DNA of 62,722 bases, filler included, from Guillardia theta CCMP2712 (taxonomy: Eukaryota > Protista > Cryptophyta): the NCBI RefSeq assembly GCF_000315625.1. It is 3 parts of 3 records of this genome, joined end to end, with 100 filler letters (N's around TTAATTAATTAA, not from the genome) between each part and the next. Parts side by side here need not be neighbours in the genome. Positions count along the whole stretch, not along the records: positions 47,004 to 62,722 come from NW_005434321.1; 2 more parts are not named here. One strand, given 5' to 3'. The number at the start of each line of letters is the position of its first letter. Position 1 is the first letter of the stretch. Position numbers and translations under genes: made by a program. Below, one piece after another: positions 59,441 through 62,722 of this stretch. A model generated the notes under the pieces. That model was not told where the DNA came from and did no database searches. It was given only the letters and a program-made list of their open reading frames with translations.

Positions 59441-62062
59441 TCAGAAGCTCCTCCCTTTACTTGTTGTAGCTGCGAAGCTTTGCCAGCCGACTCTGAAGCT
59501 GGGAGATTCGGTCTGAAAGAGCCACCTCCCACTCCTTACAAGTCCCGTAGATCGAAGGGGGCTGAGTAGCATCCATCTTCTTGTGCTCCGGGACGCTGCT
59601 GTTAACGCTGCCGCTAACGCTGCTGTTGCTGTTTCTTTCTGCGCTGACGGCACCTGCATTGCACTGTTCTTGACTTCCATGTCCTTGGAGCTCGGCCGCT
59701 TCACCGAGACTGTATGCTGCTCGCTCTGCCTTACCAGGTTGGACTGGACCGTCTCCGTGATAGAGTGCCTATGGGGAACCTGCGACAGGGTTCAGCAAGT
59801 GTTTTCTCACAGCGACATGCTATCAGTACATGATGACGCAGCACGTGTTGACTTCTGTTAACCTCGGGGCCTCGAGGCGACTCAACCTTGCAGGCTGTCT
59901 CACGGACCCGTTCGATGATCGACTTGCTCCTGTCCTTGCACTGGGCTGCTGATGCTGGGGGAGCCTTGCTCGAGACCACCACCGAACTTGCTTCCCGACT
60001 TGTCTCCACCTTGCTCGGATGACTTGACTTGCTACTTCGCTCATCCTCCTCAGCTGTCCCAGAGAACTCCGAGGCATCCGCGATGGTATTCGAGCTTCCG
60101 GCAGACTCCGACGCAGCCTTCGTGCTGCAGAGGCTTAAGGGCGTCTGCGAGGAGACCTGCCCAGGAGAGTACATCTCGTTGGATTCATTGCTGCCTTGCG
60201 ATAGCTCGATCCGCAGCCGGGTGACCCCGGGCTCGTGCTTGCTGCTCTCGCCGTCGGCAGCTTCCTCGTAGCAACCGACGCCAAGGGGGATGTTCGGGAT
60301 CTCCGAGTAGTCATCAAAGGTATTGATCTCCTCGTCATCCATGTAGCTCTTGGAGGCGATTTCCAGGCAGCCAGTATCGTCAGTCCTCTTGGAGTCGAAG
60401 TTGCTAGGAAGACGCAGCGTCAAGGGATGAGGGGCACAGCAAAGGCGCAGCCTTACCTGTCAAAGAAGAAGGGGTGCTTCTTCGCATCCGTGGCGTTGAT
60501 ACGTAGGTTGGGGTCGAAGGCGAGCATGTCCTCAAGAAGCGAGAGGAGCTGCGCGTCGTAGATCATGTCTGACAAGACCTTCTTGACCCTTGACCCCGCA
60601 GACAAACTCCTGACCGGTCGGGTACAGTCGGATCTCAGCCTGTACTTGGCAGATGCCTTTCCTTGCCGAATCAAGTCAGGAGGAAACGAGTTCTCCGTCA
60701 CGAAGGAGATGACGCTGAGATATTCGGCTTCGTTGCATGCAGGAAAGAGGAAGTCTCCGATACAAAGCTCCGCCAGCACACAACCGATCGCGTACATGTC
60801 CACAGGATACGACCAAGCTGAAGCAGTAGAGGTTAAAACAAGCAGATGGCAGCACAACATGAGCGGCTACCTGCTTGTAGAATGATCTCTGGCGCTCTGT
60901 ACTCCAACGTTCCGATGACTGGTGGGTGCCAGTCATTGACAAAGATAGCGGAGCCCAAGTCAACGACTTTGATTGTAACTGCACCATCAGGGCCTGTCGT
61001 GCAAGTTACCAACAGCAGTCCATGAAGCAGGTATGATAAGCACCATGCGCGAGTAAAATGTTCTCAGCTTTTATATCAGTGTGGATAACGCCCTTGTTGT
61101 GCATGTAACAAGTAGCATGCACTATCTGCAGACCAATATCCTTGATCTGCACAACTAGATCAAAGAGAGATCAGAAAACGCTTGGCTCTAAAACACCTCC
61201 TGGATCTTGAAAGGTTTCTTGTTCCGTCTCATGTAATGCTGAATGTTGTCTCCATACATTTCCAATGACATGCATATGTGCCCGTCGTGAACGAAGTCTC
61301 GCAGAAGCTTCACCAGGCCATGAGTTCCACCTGAGAGTGTGGTAAGGTGGACCGGATCAAACTACCGCCTTCCAATCACCGAGGTAACGGAGCACTTTGA
61401 TCTCCTTCTTTGCTGCTTCTTTGTAGATCGGAGGATCTCTCCGTACAATCTTGACCGCAACTGGCAAATTGTATTTCTTGTCCGTACATTCCAAAACCTT
61501 GAGGGTCATGTCACCAGCGGCATGAAAGCATTCAGCTATCAACCTTTCCATAGGTTCCCGCACCCAGTTTTCGCTTGATGATATACCTCCCGCTAGGGAA
61601 ATCTTTGGAGCGATTGATAGAATCTCCAACGTACCCCACAAAGTGACCGGAATCTTGCTATGGGATACAATCATCAACCCGGACGTAACAGGTGGGGTTC
61701 TGTCACAGTTACCGTGGGGGTGGGGACTATTTTCACCGGAGGCACCGGATTTGCAACTCGTGTGCGGATTCTGTCGTCCATCACCTCCTGTTCAACCCGC
61801 TGTCAACCGACGAGGATAAGAGTTGTTCAACAATGTATCACAATGTTCTTTGGAGATGCGACAGTGGAGTAGTCTTTCGCCTGAGATGGAGTTAGTCACC
61901 GCAAATAATCGTCGTTGAAGATCACATTTTGAGTCTGCCCTCCATTCGCCGTCTTGTACGCCGTTGATGGCGATAGTGGGAAGTAGGCTCCTCCTGTAAA
62001 ACGTCTCAGGTCAGGGTAATCAAAAGGTCTCATCGCACAAAACCTGCTTGGTAGCCGTACAT
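59441..62062 (-). CDS. CMGC protein kinase, CLK/LAMMER-like, with a long S/E-rich C-terminal tail
   Basis: RYIIKRKLGAGTYGK|VLECTD..VAVKIVR..EAAKKEI, IHTDIKAENILL, VVDLGSA..GTLEYRAPEIIL, WSYPVDMYAIGCVLAE, DMLAFDPNLRI..HPFF. Confidence 0.88.
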
Positions 62063-62722
62063 ATTATAATGTCGAAGCTATCTGTTCGGGAGAAACGTCA
62101 GTCATTCCACACCATCACAAAATCAGAAGAAAATCATTTCATGATGAAGTGAAATTTTCATAATATATTGAATGCACAAAAACTGATCTCCTATCTCTCA
62201 AAACTGGTGGCCATGCTCAAAACAATGAGCTCGGTTCTACGCATTTGCAGATAGACAACACGAAGCGACTTTTCCCATCTAAATCACTCCACATCTGTTA
62301 TCAACAAGGCTCATTTTTTTCGCACCCTTCTTGTGCTTTTCTTCTATACCTTACTCACTGTGACCGTAAGAAATCAAAAATCCTACGCAGCAATCCACTA
62401 GATCAACCTTGGAGGAAACACGCTCGGACTTGATTTTACACCAACTTGTCGCCTTCATATTCTGGTCTACATATTCTCACTGCCCAGCATTCTACTCATC
62501 CTCTCCGCATGCTCCGCACTCGCCAGCCATCCTCTCGTGAACTTCAAGTGAGGTTCATCATCGCCCAAGGTCATCCGACTCTCGTTACCTGGAAGGGTCC
62601 CTCCGAAAAGCACTAAAGGTTAATATTCAATTATTGTTTCATTGAAATTTGAATAACATCGATCAAATTTGGATTGATTTTGATACTTCAGGACCTCTTA
62701 ATTAACCGAAGGGTGAAAGTAC

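Overview
Gene-dense eukaryotic nuclear DNA with many short (about 45-60 nt) or microsatellite-inflated spliceosomal introns. It is most likely from an alga with a red-derived complex plastid; a cryptophyte of the Guillardia/Hanusia type is inferred from a bipartite plastid leader (..IA-FAP), the intron style and the RWP-RK expansion. It is a draft assembly with N gaps and two artificial TTAATTAATTAA linkers. Genes in order: a giant single-pass receptor (F-type lectin, mucin stalk, PKD/REJ, GPS-like, TM, PDZ); a SAP+SnoaL protein; a voltage-sensor-like membrane protein missed by the ORF track; Spg1/Tem1 GTPase; a PDZ+SHIPPO-repeat protein; an Sfi1-like protein; a plastid-targeted SAM-FZL dynamin; an inverted pair of small orphan genes; a Ty1/copia remnant; an ABCC transporter; an ARM-repeat protein; a Det1-like histidine phosphatase; a small membrane/secreted protein; a DnaJ membrane protein; four short RWP-RK genes interrupted by a decayed CRE-like retroelement; glyoxylate/hydroxypyruvate reductase; and a CLK/LAMMER-like kinase. 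The most interesting items are the RWP-RK cluster and the lectin-REJ-GPS-PDZ receptor. Exon structures were assembled by eye and no searches were run.
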